From contig CALKWM010000020.1 in NCBI GenBank assembly GCA_938004065.1, forward strand, positions 1,813-65,812: a stretch of 64,000 nt of DNA. Direction: 5' to 3'. Origin of the DNA: an uncultured bacterium (lineage in GTDB: Bacteria > Patescibacteriota > JAHJAL01). Position 1 is the stretch's first letter. Every line of letters starts with the position of its first letter. Shown in pieces: positions 36,620-47,454 of this stretch. A program made the translations under genes and the position numbers. Under the pieces are notes generated by a model that was not told the origin of the DNA, ran no database searches, and saw only the letters and a list, made by a program, of their open reading frames with translations.

Positions 36620-39600
36620 ATGAATAAAGTATTAGACAATAAAAAATCCAAAGTATCGGATGTGTTGCTGACTGAAATTGCCAAAGACGCAAAGATGTCG
36701 GTTGTATCCGCCTATTTTACAATATATGCTTTTGAGAAATTGAAAGAATCATTGTCGAAAATTGATTCTTTGCGGTTTTTGTTTGTGGAGCCGACTTTTA
36801 CCAAGGAGCAAGAAGAGATTCGGGAGTTTTATATCGACAAGCTCAATCGTGAAAAGCAATTGTCGGGAACGGAATATGAGATCAAGTTGAGAAATGAATT
36901 GACTCAGTCCAAAGTGGCGAAGGAATGTGCTGATTGGATAAGAAATAAAGTAGATTTTCGATCATTGAAGAAATCAGATCTTTCGCGGGCGAGAGCAATT
37001 CATGTCCAGAATCCTGATTCGGAGTTTATCGTGCAAGGAACGCTTGATTTTACTTCATCCGGATTGGGTTTTTCTACTTCCAACAAACTGGAAATGAATG
37101 TTTATTCTGATGATCAAGATGCAACCAAAGATATGTTGTCGTGGTTTGATGAAATTTGGAATAATGACAAGATGGTGGAGGATGTCAAAGAAGAGGTTTT
37201 AAAGAGTATTCAAACTATCTACAAAGAAAATACACCGGAGTTTGTTTATTTTGTTACTTTGTATAATTTATTTAAGAATTATCTGGATGAGTTGACGGAA
37301 GAAAATATTATCAAGTCGAGGACCGGTTTCAAGGATACGCTGATTTGGAATAAGTTATACAAGTTTCAGAAGGATGGAGTAATGGGAGTGATTGATAAGT
37401 TAGAAAAACACAATGGATGTATTTTGGCGGATAGTGTGGGTTTGGGAAAGACTTTTGAAGGTTTGGCGGTAATTAAATATTATGAATTGCGCAATCATCG
37501 AGTATTGGTTTTGTGTCCGAAAAAATTGAGGGACAATTGGATGATGTATCGGGCAAATGATGTGAGAAATGTTTTGGCAAATGATCGTTTTGGGTATGAT
37601 ATTTTGAATCATACTGATTTGAGTCGGACAAAGGGATTTTCCGGTGATATCAATTTGAGTACAGTGAATTGGGGTAATTATGATTTGGTCCTGATTGATG
37701 AATCGCATAATTTTAGAAATAATGATTCGCTAAAAAATAAAAAGACCAGATACAGAAGATTGATGGAAGATATTATTAGAAGCGGGGTCAAAACCAAGGT
37801 ATTGATGTTGTCGGCGACGCCGGTCAACAATCGGATGAATGATCTGAAGAATCAAATTGCTTTTATAACTGAGGCGAATGATAGCGCTTTGGTCCAAAAT
37901 GGAATTGTAAGCATTGGTAATACATTGAGAGTAGCTCAATATCAGTTTAATAAATGGCTGGAAAAACCGGTGGAAGAGCGAGGACTAGAATCGTTGTTGG
38001 CCAATCTGAATGTGGATTATTTCAAACTGTTGGATGCTTTGACGATTGCTCGTTCACGTAAACATATCGAGAAGTATTATGATTTGACGGAAGTGGGTAA
38101 ATTTCCGGACCGGTTGAAACCAAAAAATGTTAAAGCAAAAGTTGATTTGATTGGTGATTTTCCTAGTTTTGAAAATATTAATGATTCTATCAAACGATTG
38201 TCCTTGGCGATATATTCTCCTTTGCAATATGTGCGCTCGGATAAGGTCAAAAAATATCAAGAGAGATATGATATGGCGGTCAAAGATGGCACATCGACTT
38301 TCAAACAAACTGATCGTGAGAAAAATATTGTCAATTTGATGCGGGTAAATATTTTGAAGAGATTGGAAAGCTCAATTTATTCATATAATTTGACTTTGGG
38401 CAGATTGGCGGAAAAAATATCATCTTTACTGGCGACGATTGATTCATTTTCGGAATCGGAAAAATATGATTTGGATTTGGATGACGCGCCGGAAAGTATC
38501 GATGGTGATGATGAGCAATTGGAAGCGATGACGATTGGAAATAAAATAAGTGTGGAATTGGGTGATATGGATTTGATTCGATGGAAAGAAGATTTGGTGG
38601 ATGATTTGACGAGATTAAATGAATTGATAGAACAATCAAAACCGATTACGGCGGAAAGAGATGCAAAATTGGCGGAGCTAAAGAAATTGATTGCTGAAAA
38701 AATAAATAATCCAATCAATGATGGTAATAAGAAGATTGTAATTTTCAGTGCATTTGCTGATACGGCAGAGTATTTATACAAAGATATAGCTATCTGGGCG
38801 CAGGATACATTTAAAATTCATTCAGCCTTGGTAACCGGCGGAGGGTCTAATCAAACTACTTCCAAAGGAATTCAAACAGATTTGGGTAGTGTTTTGACCA
38901 ATTTTTCGCCGATATCAAAAGAGAAAGAAAAAATATATCCGGATGTCAAAGATGAGATAGATATTTTGATTGCTACTGATTGTGTATCGGAGGGTCAAAA
39001 TTTACAGGATTGTGATTGTTTGGTGAATTATGATATTCATTGGAATCCGGTTCGGATTATCCAAAGGTTTGGGCGTATTGATCGTATCGGATCAAAAAAT
39101 GATCGAATACAACTGGTGAATTTTTGGCCGGATATGGAACTGGATTCTTATATCAATCTGGAGCAACGGGTGCGAGGCAGAATGATTTTACTCAATGCTA
39201 ATGCGACTGGCGAGGAAGATATTATCAATGAGACTGACAAGGATGTGATGAATGATATTGAGTATCGCAAGAATCAATTGACGAGGTTGCAAGAAGAGGT
39301 ATTGGATCTGGAAGATATTTCCGGTAATATTTCGATTACTGATATGACGATGAATGATTTTAAGATGGATTTGATGGAGTATTTGAAAGATAATCGGAAA
39401 ATATTGGAGCAGGCTTCATTGGGAATGTATGCGATTGTGCCGAAAATTGATGCGATGGAAGAATTGTCATCCGGAGTTATTTTTACTTTGCGACAGGTGG
39501 ATTTTTCGGAGGCTAAATCGGGTGAGGCCAATGCTTTGCATCCATACTACATGGTTTATATTAGTGACGAAGGAGAAGTGAAATTAACTTATTTGCAGGC

Positions 39601-39877
39601 CAAGTATATTTTGGATATTTTCAAGAAGCTGTGCAATGGTGATGATGTTGTTCATCGAGATTTGGTGGAATTATTCAATCGGGAAACAAAGGAAGCCAAG
39701 GAGATGTACCATTATTCTCAATTACTTAAAGAATCGATTGAGCATATTATTGGAGAGAAGCAGGAAAAAGGCATGGGAGAACTTTTTGGCAGTCTGGGCA
39801 AGACTAATATCGCCAAAGACTCTTCACTGTCTTGGATTGATGATTTTGAGTTGATCTCATTTTTGATAATTAAATAA
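36620..39877 (+). CDS. SNF2-family helicase with degenerate N-terminal PLD-like domain
   Basis: LADSVGLGKT, IDESHN, SATP, EGQNLQD, QRFGRIDRIGS; PLD HxK not conserved. Confidence 0.92.
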   Translation: MNKVLDNKKSKVSDVLLTEIAKDAKMSVVSAYFTIYAFEKLKESLSKIDSLRFLFVEPTFTKEQEEIREFYIDKLNREKQLSGTEYEIKLRNELTQSKVAKECADWIRNKVDFRSLKKSDLSRARAIHVQNPDSEFIVQGTLDFTSSGLGFSTSNKLEMNVYSDDQDATKDMLSWFDEIWNNDKMVEDVKEEVLKSIQTIYKENTPEFVYFVTLYNLFKNYLDELTEENIIKSRTGFKDTLIWNKLYKFQKDGVMGVIDKLEKHNGCILADSVGLGKTFEGLAVIKYYELRNHRVLVLCPKKLRDNWMMYRANDVRNVLANDRFGYDILNHTDLSRTKGFSGDINLSTVNWGNYDLVLIDESHNFRNNDSLKNKKTRYRRLMEDIIRSGVKTKVLMLSATPVNNRMNDLKNQIAFITEANDSALVQNGIVSIGNTLRVAQYQFNKWLEKPVEERGLESLLANLNVDYFKLLDALTIARSRKHIEKYYDLTEVGKFPDRLKPKNVKAKVDLIGDFPSFENINDSIKRLSLAIYSPLQYVRSDKVKKYQERYDMAVKDGTSTFKQTDREKNIVNLMRVNILKRLESSIYSYNLTLGRLAEKISSLLATIDSFSESEKYDLDLDDAPESIDGDDEQLEAMTIGNKISVELGDMDLIRWKEDLVDDLTRLNELIEQSKPITAERDAKLAELKKLIAEKINNPINDGNKKIVIFSAFADTAEYLYKDIAIWAQDTFKIHSALVTGGGSNQTTSKGIQTDLGSVLTNFSPISKEKEKIYPDVKDEIDILIATDCVSEGQNLQDCDCLVNYDIHWNPVRIIQRFGRIDRIGSKNDRIQLVNFWPDMELDSYINLEQRVRGRMILLNANATGEEDIINETDKDVMNDIEYRKNQLTRLQEEVLDLEDISGNISITDMTMNDFKMDLMEYLKDNRKILEQASLGMYAIVPKIDAMEELSSGVIFTLRQVDFSEAKSGEANALHPYYMVYISDEGEVKLTYLQAKYILDIFKKLCNGDDVVHRDLVELFNRETKEAKEMYHYSQLLKESIEHIIGEKQEKGMGELFGSLGKTNIAKDSSLSWIDDFELISFLIIK

Positions 39878-39878
39878 A

Positions 39879-40670
39879 ATGAAGGAACGGGTAATACAAT
39901 TGTTGGGATTGAGACGGGATAAGATTTTGCAAGATGCCAAGATTGCCAAGAGTAAATTTTATGAGTTGGATGATTTTGATAATAAAAAGAAAAGGATTTT
40001 TACTGATGAGATAGAGGAAATTACTTTGTTGGCGATTCTCAATGAGGATACGATCAATATTGCTTCCCACAAAGACAATGAGGTGAATTATAGTGAGGTT
40101 TATTTTGTTTATGTAGAATTGAAGAAGGTGAATAGTGTTGTCGGTATAATCGAGGCGATGCAAAAGAATATTCCCAATCCGGTGGTGTTGATTTTTGGTT
40201 GGCATGACAAGATTTGTGTGGCGACGGCGCGGAAGCGGTTGAGTTTGAATGAGAAGGGCAAACAGGTGATCGAGAGTGAGCAGATAACCGGTTGGCTGTC
40301 ATTGGTGGAGTCGACACAGTTGGAAAAAGAATATTTGGGAGGTCTGAATATAGCCAATTTTTCTTTTTTGAATTTGTACGATTTTTATCAGGAATTTTCG
40401 TTGTACGTCTATCAGTCTATTTTGTTGTCATTTGTGTCGGAATTTCATTTTTATAAAAGTTTAGTTATTGAGGATATAAAGCCGAATATTGATAGGTATT
40501 TGGCTAAGCAAGCGGAAGTGAAACGATTGCGGGAGGAAGAATCGGCGACGATAAATTTTGGGGACCGGATTGCGATTCATCAAAGATTGATTCAGGCAGA
40601 GAAAGAGGAGGGGGAATCAAAGGAATTGATTAAAAAGATGTTTGAGAAAAATTTAGATAATGGTAAATAA
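39879..40670 (+). CDS. DUF4391-like protein
   Basis: Position between SNF2 helicase and Mod; IPNPVVLIF...KRLS pattern. Confidence 0.75.
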   Translation: MKERVIQLLGLRRDKILQDAKIAKSKFYELDDFDNKKKRIFTDEIEEITLLAILNEDTINIASHKDNEVNYSEVYFVYVELKKVNSVVGIIEAMQKNIPNPVVLIFGWHDKICVATARKRLSLNEKGKQVIESEQITGWLSLVESTQLEKEYLGGLNIANFSFLNLYDFYQEFSLYVYQSILLSFVSEFHFYKSLVIEDIKPNIDRYLAKQAEVKRLREEESATINFGDRIAIHQRLIQAEKEEGESKELIKKMFEKNLDNGK

Positions 40671-42630
40671 TAACAATATGAAAAAAATTGATGGTAAGAC
40701 AAGTGATTTGATTGGAGAAAATATTGAGAAGTTGAAACAACTTTTTCCTGAGATCTGGGAGGAGGGGAAAGTTGATTTTGAAATGTTGAAAAAGATATTG
40801 GGTGAGAAAGTGGAAACGGAGCGGGAGAGATATAGTTTTACTTGGCATGGCAAGTCGGACGCGATCCGGATGGCTTTGAAACAATCGACGGGGACTTTGA
40901 GGCCGAAGAAGGCGGAGAGTAAGAATTGGGATAAGACGAATAATCTGTATATTGAGGGTGATAATCTGGAGGTGTTGCGGGTGTTGCAGGATAGTTATCG
41001 AGGGAAGGTGAAGATGATTTATATTGATCCGCCGTACAATACGGGGAAGGATTTTGTGTATGAGGATGATTTTGCGGATAATATCAAGAATTATAAGGAG
41101 AAGGTGGGGGATAGTTTGAAGGCAAATGCGGATTCTAGTGGGCGGAAGCATACGAATTGGTTGAATATGATGTATCCGCGGTTGCGGTTGGCGAGGAATT
41201 TGTTGAAGGATGATGGGGTGATTTTTATTTCGATTGATGATAATGAGCAGGCGAATTTGAAGAAGGTTTGTGATGAGATTTTTGGGGAGGAGAATTTTGT
41301 TTCATTATTTCCACGAATAACAAAAAAAGCTGGTAAGACTACTGAAGGTGTTGCAAAAAATAATGATTATATACTTTGTTATGGCAGAATAGCTAATATG
41401 GTTAAATTTAATTCTTTTGAAATTAACGATGATGGTTATAAACATATAGATGAACACGAGGCGCTTAGAGGTAAGTATAAATTGAGTCAGACACTTGATT
41501 ACGGTTCGATACAGTATTCACCATCTTTAGATTATGAAATAGAAATAGATGGACATATTTTGAGACCGGGAGGAGTATCGAGGGAAGAAATGGAAGAACG
41601 AAAAAAACGGAATCCTTCGAGTGATTTTTGTTGGAGGTGGTCTAGTGATTTATATAAATTTGGCTTAAAAGAAGGTTTTATTGTTTTGAGGAAATCTAAG
41701 GATGGATATAGAATTTATACAAAAACTTATGAAAATGTTTTCATAAACAAGAATCAAGATGGTTATTATTTAGAAGAAAAAGAGCGAACAAAATTAGTAA
41801 CATCTTTGGATTTTGTTGAAAATAAATATTCGAACGATAATTCTAGAAAAGATTTAGCAAATATTTTCGATTCGAATGTTTTTGATTATTCAAAGCCAAT
41901 TTCATTATTAAAAATACTTACTTATTTAGCAACCGAAAAATTTGATTTTGTTTTCGATTTTTTCTCTGGTTCGGCAACTACTGCTCAGGCGGTGATGCAG
42001 TTGAATGCGGAGGATGGGGGGAATAGGAAGTTTGTTATGGTCCAGTTGTTGGAAGTTACGTCGGAGGATAGTGAGGCGAGAAAGGCGGGGTATAAGAATA
42101 TTTGTGAGATTGGGAAGGAGAGGATTAGGCGGGCGGGGGAGAAGATTGTGAATGAGTTGAGGGAGAAGCAGACGGGGCAGGGGAAGTTGATTGATAATGG
42201 GGAGAAGGTTGTCGATCCGGATGGTTTGGATATTGGGTTTAAAGTGTTTGAGTTGGATGAGACCAATTTTACGCAGTGGGACGCGAATACGCAGGATATT
42301 GAGAAGTCTTTGATGGATCAGTTGACACCGATCAAGATGGACCGAACGGATGAGGATGCGGTTTATGAGATTATGTTGAAATATGGAGTTGATTTGACAA
42401 TGCCGATTGAGGAGCTGGGGTTGGCGGGAAAGAAAGTTTTTTCGTTAGCCGGTAATTATCTTTTGATTTGTTTGGAGAAGCAGATTGGTTTGGAGACGGT
42501 TGAGGAAATGGCGAAGCTGAGTCCGCATCGGGCGGTTTTTTATGATGATGGTTTTGCGGATGATACGGTTAAAGCCAACGCGGAGCAGACTTTGAAGAAG
42601 GCGGGGGTTGAGGAGATATTGGTGATTTAA
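40660..42630 (+). CDS. mod: Type III RM modification subunit
   Basis: IEGDNLEVL, IYIDPPYNTG, DFFSGSATTA. Confidence 0.95.
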   Translation: MVNNNNMKKIDGKTSDLIGENIEKLKQLFPEIWEEGKVDFEMLKKILGEKVETERERYSFTWHGKSDAIRMALKQSTGTLRPKKAESKNWDKTNNLYIEGDNLEVLRVLQDSYRGKVKMIYIDPPYNTGKDFVYEDDFADNIKNYKEKVGDSLKANADSSGRKHTNWLNMMYPRLRLARNLLKDDGVIFISIDDNEQANLKKVCDEIFGEENFVSLFPRITKKAGKTTEGVAKNNDYILCYGRIANMVKFNSFEINDDGYKHIDEHEALRGKYKLSQTLDYGSIQYSPSLDYEIEIDGHILRPGGVSREEMEERKKRNPSSDFCWRWSSDLYKFGLKEGFIVLRKSKDGYRIYTKTYENVFINKNQDGYYLEEKERTKLVTSLDFVENKYSNDNSRKDLANIFDSNVFDYSKPISLLKILTYLATEKFDFVFDFFSGSATTAQAVMQLNAEDGGNRKFVMVQLLEVTSEDSEARKAGYKNICEIGKERIRRAGEKIVNELREKQTGQGKLIDNGEKVVDPDGLDIGFKVFELDETNFTQWDANTQDIEKSLMDQLTPIKMDRTDEDAVYEIMLKYGVDLTMPIEELGLAGKKVFSLAGNYLLICLEKQIGLETVEEMAKLSPHRAVFYDDGFADDTVKANAEQTLKKAGVEEILVI

Positions 42631-42640
42631 TAAAAAAAGT

Positions 42641-44323
42641 ATGAATCAAAAAGAAGTTGAAAATATATTGAATTTGCTACGAGAAAAGAATGAATTGTCT
42701 TATGTTGAGGCAAAGGATTCTTTAGCTGATAAAAATAAAATAGGCGAAACTATTTCTGCTTTGTGTAATTCGGCTAGCTATTCTGACCAAGAGTATGCTT
42801 ATTTGATTTGGGGGATTGAAGATACTACTTGGAATTTGGTTGATACCAAGTTTGATCTTGAAAAATGTGTGCAAGGTAAAAGCGGATTTATATACCCTCA
42901 AATTATTAGTGCATTTAATTATAAACCTAAGCTCAAATGTGGAGAATTTTGGGTTGACGGTAAACGATTATATGTTTTGCGGATCAAAAATGCTGGATCA
43001 AATCCGTTATATTTTAATAAAATTGCATATATCAGAATTGGAGAGGTTATTGATGAACTTTGTGATCATCCTGAAATACAAAAGTATTTGATAAACAAAG
43101 ATGTTGATTGGAGCGGCCAGGTACCTGAAGGTTCTGAGTTGGATTGGATAGATGAGAAGTCTTTTGATTCTTTGAGTGAGAAGTATTTCGATATTAAGGA
43201 AAACAAGAATAAACATTTAAATAAAGTGCAACTTCTGAATGCATTGTCTTTATTGGATAAGAATAATAAACCAAACAATACTTGTTTGTTATTTATTGGT
43301 AAAAAAGAGATTATTGATAAAGTTTTTGGTGGTAAAAATAAAATTACTTGGGTTTATAGAGATGAGTTGAATGATATTGAAGAGAGGGTGCCAGCTGGTG
43401 ATCAAAGTCGTCCGTTGATTTTGGGTTTGTACGAAATACTCAACAAGATAAATAAATTCAATGTTACTTTGCGCGATTTGGATTTATTCAGGAATGATGT
43501 GTTGCAATATGACAATAAAGCTATTGAAGAAATATTAGTGAATGCGATTGCTCACAGGGATTGGAATATTGATTTGTGGATTGAGGTAAAACAAACACCG
43601 ATTAGTTTGGAGATAATAAATCCTGGTCGTTTTAGAGCTGATTTAAACAAAGTCTTGTCGGAGAATAAAAGACCGGTTTATTTGAATAAAAATTTGGCAG
43701 AATTTCTAAGTCGTATAAACCTTATGGAAAAAGAGGGTGGTGGTTTAAGAAAAGTGTATGAATCTCAAATTAGAAAGGGATTAAGCGTTATTCCCAAGTT
43801 TGATAATGAAAGCGTAGAACCGAGAGTCGATTTTATTTTGAGTGGAAGAGTAAGAAATAATGATTTTGCTCGTTTTATGTTTTTGTCTAGAGATTTAACA
43901 CAGGACCAAGTTATTGTTTTAGATAAAATATATTCTGGAAAGAATATATTTGGAAAAGATGTCGACGAGCGAGAATTTAATATAGTGAGAAATTTAGTTA
44001 CTAAGACCGGAAAGGGTGGTTCGGTTTTGAAAATTCAAGAGGGAATATTAAAAAAATCAAAGTTGTATATTGATAGTTTTTCTAATACTTATGCTAGTAC
44101 TGGTACTTTGAGAACAATTATTTTAGATTATGCAAGTAAGGACGATCAATTTTCCGTTGTTGAAATTTATGGAATTTTAAAAGGAAAAAATAAGGCTTGG
44201 ATAAGACAAACTCTTATGAAAATGGTTAATGATGGTGTTTTGCGTAGAGTCCAAAGGGGTATCTATAGTCTAGTTAGGTTACCAAACAAACTAAACGGAA
44301 AAACTAACAAAGAAAATAACTAA
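42641..44323 (+). CDS. AlbA_2 (Schlafen-like) domain / ATP-binding / wHTH protein
   Basis: ELSYVEAK...ISALCNS...LIWGIED; EILVNAIAHRDW, NPG, MEKEGGGL; C-terminal wHTH. Confidence 0.82.
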   Translation: MNQKEVENILNLLREKNELSYVEAKDSLADKNKIGETISALCNSASYSDQEYAYLIWGIEDTTWNLVDTKFDLEKCVQGKSGFIYPQIISAFNYKPKLKCGEFWVDGKRLYVLRIKNAGSNPLYFNKIAYIRIGEVIDELCDHPEIQKYLINKDVDWSGQVPEGSELDWIDEKSFDSLSEKYFDIKENKNKHLNKVQLLNALSLLDKNNKPNNTCLLFIGKKEIIDKVFGGKNKITWVYRDELNDIEERVPAGDQSRPLILGLYEILNKINKFNVTLRDLDLFRNDVLQYDNKAIEEILVNAIAHRDWNIDLWIEVKQTPISLEIINPGRFRADLNKVLSENKRPVYLNKNLAEFLSRINLMEKEGGGLRKVYESQIRKGLSVIPKFDNESVEPRVDFILSGRVRNNDFARFMFLSRDLTQDQVIVLDKIYSGKNIFGKDVDEREFNIVRNLVTKTGKGGSVLKIQEGILKKSKLYIDSFSNTYASTGTLRTIILDYASKDDQFSVVEIYGILKGKNKAWIRQTLMKMVNDGVLRRVQRGIYSLVRLPNKLNGKTNKENN

Positions 44324-44406
44324 AATACATTTTTACTCTGTTGCTGGACCTAACAGACTAAACTTGACTAAACAATTTATAAACATAATTATATATTTAT
44401 GTCAAT

Positions 44407-47400
44407 ATGACAAAATTAAAATTACAATTTGATGCCAATCAGGAATTTCAAAAACAAGCTGTGGATGCGATAGTTGATGTTTTTGACGGGCAACCTTTGA
44501 AGCAATCAAAGTTTACAGTATCGGTGGCGGATGGTTCGTTGTTTGGTAAGAATACGGAGTTGGGATATGCAAATAAGTTGGATTTGATACCGGAAGATTT
44601 GTTTAAGAATGTTATCAAGATTCAGGACCGGAATCATTTGAAAAGAAGTGAAGGTTTGTTGGATGCGGATTATGGAGTGCCAAACTTTGCGATTGAGATG
44701 GAGACGGGGACAGGCAAAACTTATGTATATACGCGGACGATATTGGAATTGAATAATAAATACGGTTTTACCAAATTTATCGTCGTGGTCCCGAGTGTGG
44801 CTATCCGTGAAGGTGTGAATAAATCTTTGGATATTACCAAGGATCATTTTGAAGAATTGTATCAAGGCCAGAAGTTCAATTATTTTGTGTATAATTCGGA
44901 TCGTTTGACGGAGGTGCGTAATTTTGCGACCAGTGATTCAATCGAAATTATGGTTATCAATATTGATGCATTTCGTAAAGGTTTTGAAGAGGATAACAAG
45001 AGTAACAAGAATGCGACAAGGATACACAAAGAACAGGACAAGCTGGAAGGGCGACGGCCGATTGAATTTATTCGTGATACCAATCCAATTGTGATTATTG
45101 ATGAGCCACAGTCGGTTGATAATACCGAGAAATCCAAAGAAGCAATCAAGGCGCTCAATCCAATGTGTATCGTGCGTTATTCGGCTACTCATAGAAATAC
45201 TTATAATCTGATGTATAGGCTTGGTCCGATCGAGGCTTATGAAAATAAATTGGTCAAAAAGATTGAAGTGGTAGCGGTGGAAGGAATAGGTAGTGGTCCG
45301 TATATGAAGTTGGAAAAAGTGCAAAAAGCGCCTAATGGATCGTATTCGGCGGATGTGGTATTGAGCGTGTTGGATAAAAAAGGCGAAGCAAAAACGAAGA
45401 GAGTAAAAATCAATACCGGTAAGCGTAAGAGTTTTTTTGATGTGTCTGGACAAAATGAGATATACAGAAATTATGTGGTAACAAATATCAGTATTGAATC
45501 CGGAATGGAATATATTGAGTTTGAGACGGGTGATATCTTGAAGCTGAATCAAAATACAGATGATTTGGAAATTAAGCGTACTCAAATCAGGTCCACTATC
45601 GAATCGCATTTGGAAAAGGAATTGAGATTGTTGGATAAAAATATCAAAGTCTTGTCACTTTTCTTTTTGGACCGAGTAAATAATTATCGAGAGTATCTTA
45701 ATGAAGGTGGATTCAAGAAGGGAAGATATGCGCAGATTTTTGAGGAAGAATATTTGAAGATAATTAAATTGCCAAAGTATAATCAACTTTTTGTAACTGA
45801 AAAATCCAAACAATATGCTTTGTGTGAGGATGTTGACAAGATTCATGATGGATATTTTGCGCAGGACAAGAAAGGTATATTCAAAGAATCGCGGGGTGAA
45901 GGTGCAAGTCAAGCGGATGAGAGCGCTTATGATTTGATTATGAAGGACAAAGAAACGCTTTTGAGTTTTGATACGCCATTGCGCTTTATTTTTTCACATT
46001 CGGCTTTGAAAGAAGGCTGGGACAATCCGAATGTGTTTCAGATTTGTACTTTGGTGGAGAGTGCGGACACTATGACCAAAAGACAGAAGGTGGGGCGTGG
46101 TTTGCGTTTGCCGGTCAATCAATCAGGAGAGCGGATATTTGATGACAATATCAATATTTTGACGGTGGTGGCTAATGAAAGTTACCATAGCTTTGCCGAG
46201 AATTTGCAAAAGGAGATTGAAAAAGATACCAATACCAAATTTGGAGTAGTGGAAGAGCGATTGTTTGAGAATATATTGTTCGAAAAAGAAGGGAAAGTCG
46301 GAGAGCTGGGATATGAAGAGTCAAAAGAAATATGTGAATATTTGAGAGAGCAAGGCTGGGTGGACAAAAATGGTAAGGTAAAGGACGAATTGAGGCAAAT
46401 AGTGGCTCGGGAAGAAAGTGGCGAAGATGCCTTGGTTTTGCCGATGAAGTTTGCGTCAATCAAAAAGAAAATAGTGGAACAGATAAAGACTACATTGAAA
46501 CGATTGCCAATAGTAGATAGCAAAAAGAAAGAAAAGGTATCGATCAATAAGCAGGTATTTATGAGTGATGATTTTGTGGAGTTGTGGAATAGGATCAAAT
46601 ACAAGACCGTCTATCATCTGGATTTTGATAGTAAAATATTGGTTGAAAATTGTATTCATGAGGTCCGAAAGATGCCGGAAATCAAATCAAATGCGATTGT
46701 GGCGCGCTGGATTGATTTGGAGATTAACAAAAGGGGTGTGACATTTAATGAACCAACAATGATTCGTAATTATGTGCGTGATAAATATGATCAAAAACAA
46801 TTGCCGGATATTTTGCGTTATGTTGCCACGTATACCGGACTCAAAAAACGATCGATTGCGGATATTTTACTAAGGTCCCAGACCATAGATGCTTTTTATA
46901 TCAATCCGCAAGAATACATGGAGCAAGTGATTCAGATAATCAATATTGAGAAAAGAAAGTTGATTGTGGACGGTATCAAGTATGACAAGATTTGTGACGA
47001 TGTTTTTTATCAGCAAGAATTGTTTGAAAATGAGGAGTTGATTGGTTATCTCAAGGACAATGCCATTCAGGTAGGAAAGAGTGTTTATTCTCATGTTATT
47101 TATGATTCAGATATAGAGATGACTTTTGCCGAAAGACTGGAAAATGATGCTGATGTAAAACTTTATGCCAAATTACCCGATTGGTTCAAAATTGAAACTC
47201 CATTGGGTGATTACAATCCGGATTGGGCGATTTTGCTGGAGAAGAATGGAGTAGAGAAATTGTATTTTGTGATCGAGACAAAAGGGTCTATTTTGTCGGA
47301 AGATTTACGACCGATAGAGCAGGGGAAGATAGAATGTGGACAGAAGCATTTTGAGGCGCTGGGGACCGGAGTGAAGTTTGAGAAGGTGAGGAGTTATGAG

Positions 47401-47418
47401 GAGTGGCGCAGTATATAA
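44407..47418 (+). CDS. res: Type III RM restriction subunit
   Basis: EMETGTGKT, IDEPQ, ALKEGWDNPNVFQIC, YNPDWA...IETKG. Confidence 0.95.
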   Translation: MTKLKLQFDANQEFQKQAVDAIVDVFDGQPLKQSKFTVSVADGSLFGKNTELGYANKLDLIPEDLFKNVIKIQDRNHLKRSEGLLDADYGVPNFAIEMETGTGKTYVYTRTILELNNKYGFTKFIVVVPSVAIREGVNKSLDITKDHFEELYQGQKFNYFVYNSDRLTEVRNFATSDSIEIMVINIDAFRKGFEEDNKSNKNATRIHKEQDKLEGRRPIEFIRDTNPIVIIDEPQSVDNTEKSKEAIKALNPMCIVRYSATHRNTYNLMYRLGPIEAYENKLVKKIEVVAVEGIGSGPYMKLEKVQKAPNGSYSADVVLSVLDKKGEAKTKRVKINTGKRKSFFDVSGQNEIYRNYVVTNISIESGMEYIEFETGDILKLNQNTDDLEIKRTQIRSTIESHLEKELRLLDKNIKVLSLFFLDRVNNYREYLNEGGFKKGRYAQIFEEEYLKIIKLPKYNQLFVTEKSKQYALCEDVDKIHDGYFAQDKKGIFKESRGEGASQADESAYDLIMKDKETLLSFDTPLRFIFSHSALKEGWDNPNVFQICTLVESADTMTKRQKVGRGLRLPVNQSGERIFDDNINILTVVANESYHSFAENLQKEIEKDTNTKFGVVEERLFENILFEKEGKVGELGYEESKEICEYLREQGWVDKNGKVKDELRQIVAREESGEDALVLPMKFASIKKKIVEQIKTTLKRLPIVDSKKKEKVSINKQVFMSDDFVELWNRIKYKTVYHLDFDSKILVENCIHEVRKMPEIKSNAIVARWIDLEINKRGVTFNEPTMIRNYVRDKYDQKQLPDILRYVATYTGLKKRSIADILLRSQTIDAFYINPQEYMEQVIQIINIEKRKLIVDGIKYDKICDDVFYQQELFENEELIGYLKDNAIQVGKSVYSHVIYDSDIEMTFAERLENDADVKLYAKLPDWFKIETPLGDYNPDWAILLEKNGVEKLYFVIETKGSILSEDLRPIEQGKIECGQKHFEALGTGVKFEKVRSYEEWRSI

Positions 47419-47454
47419 GATACAGGAAAATTATTTTGTTTATTAGTATTTTTT

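Noticed and set aside
37400-47094. Numerous minus-strand ORFs within the helicase/mod/res genes
   Set aside because: Antisense shadows caused by strong strand skew; no recognisable motifs
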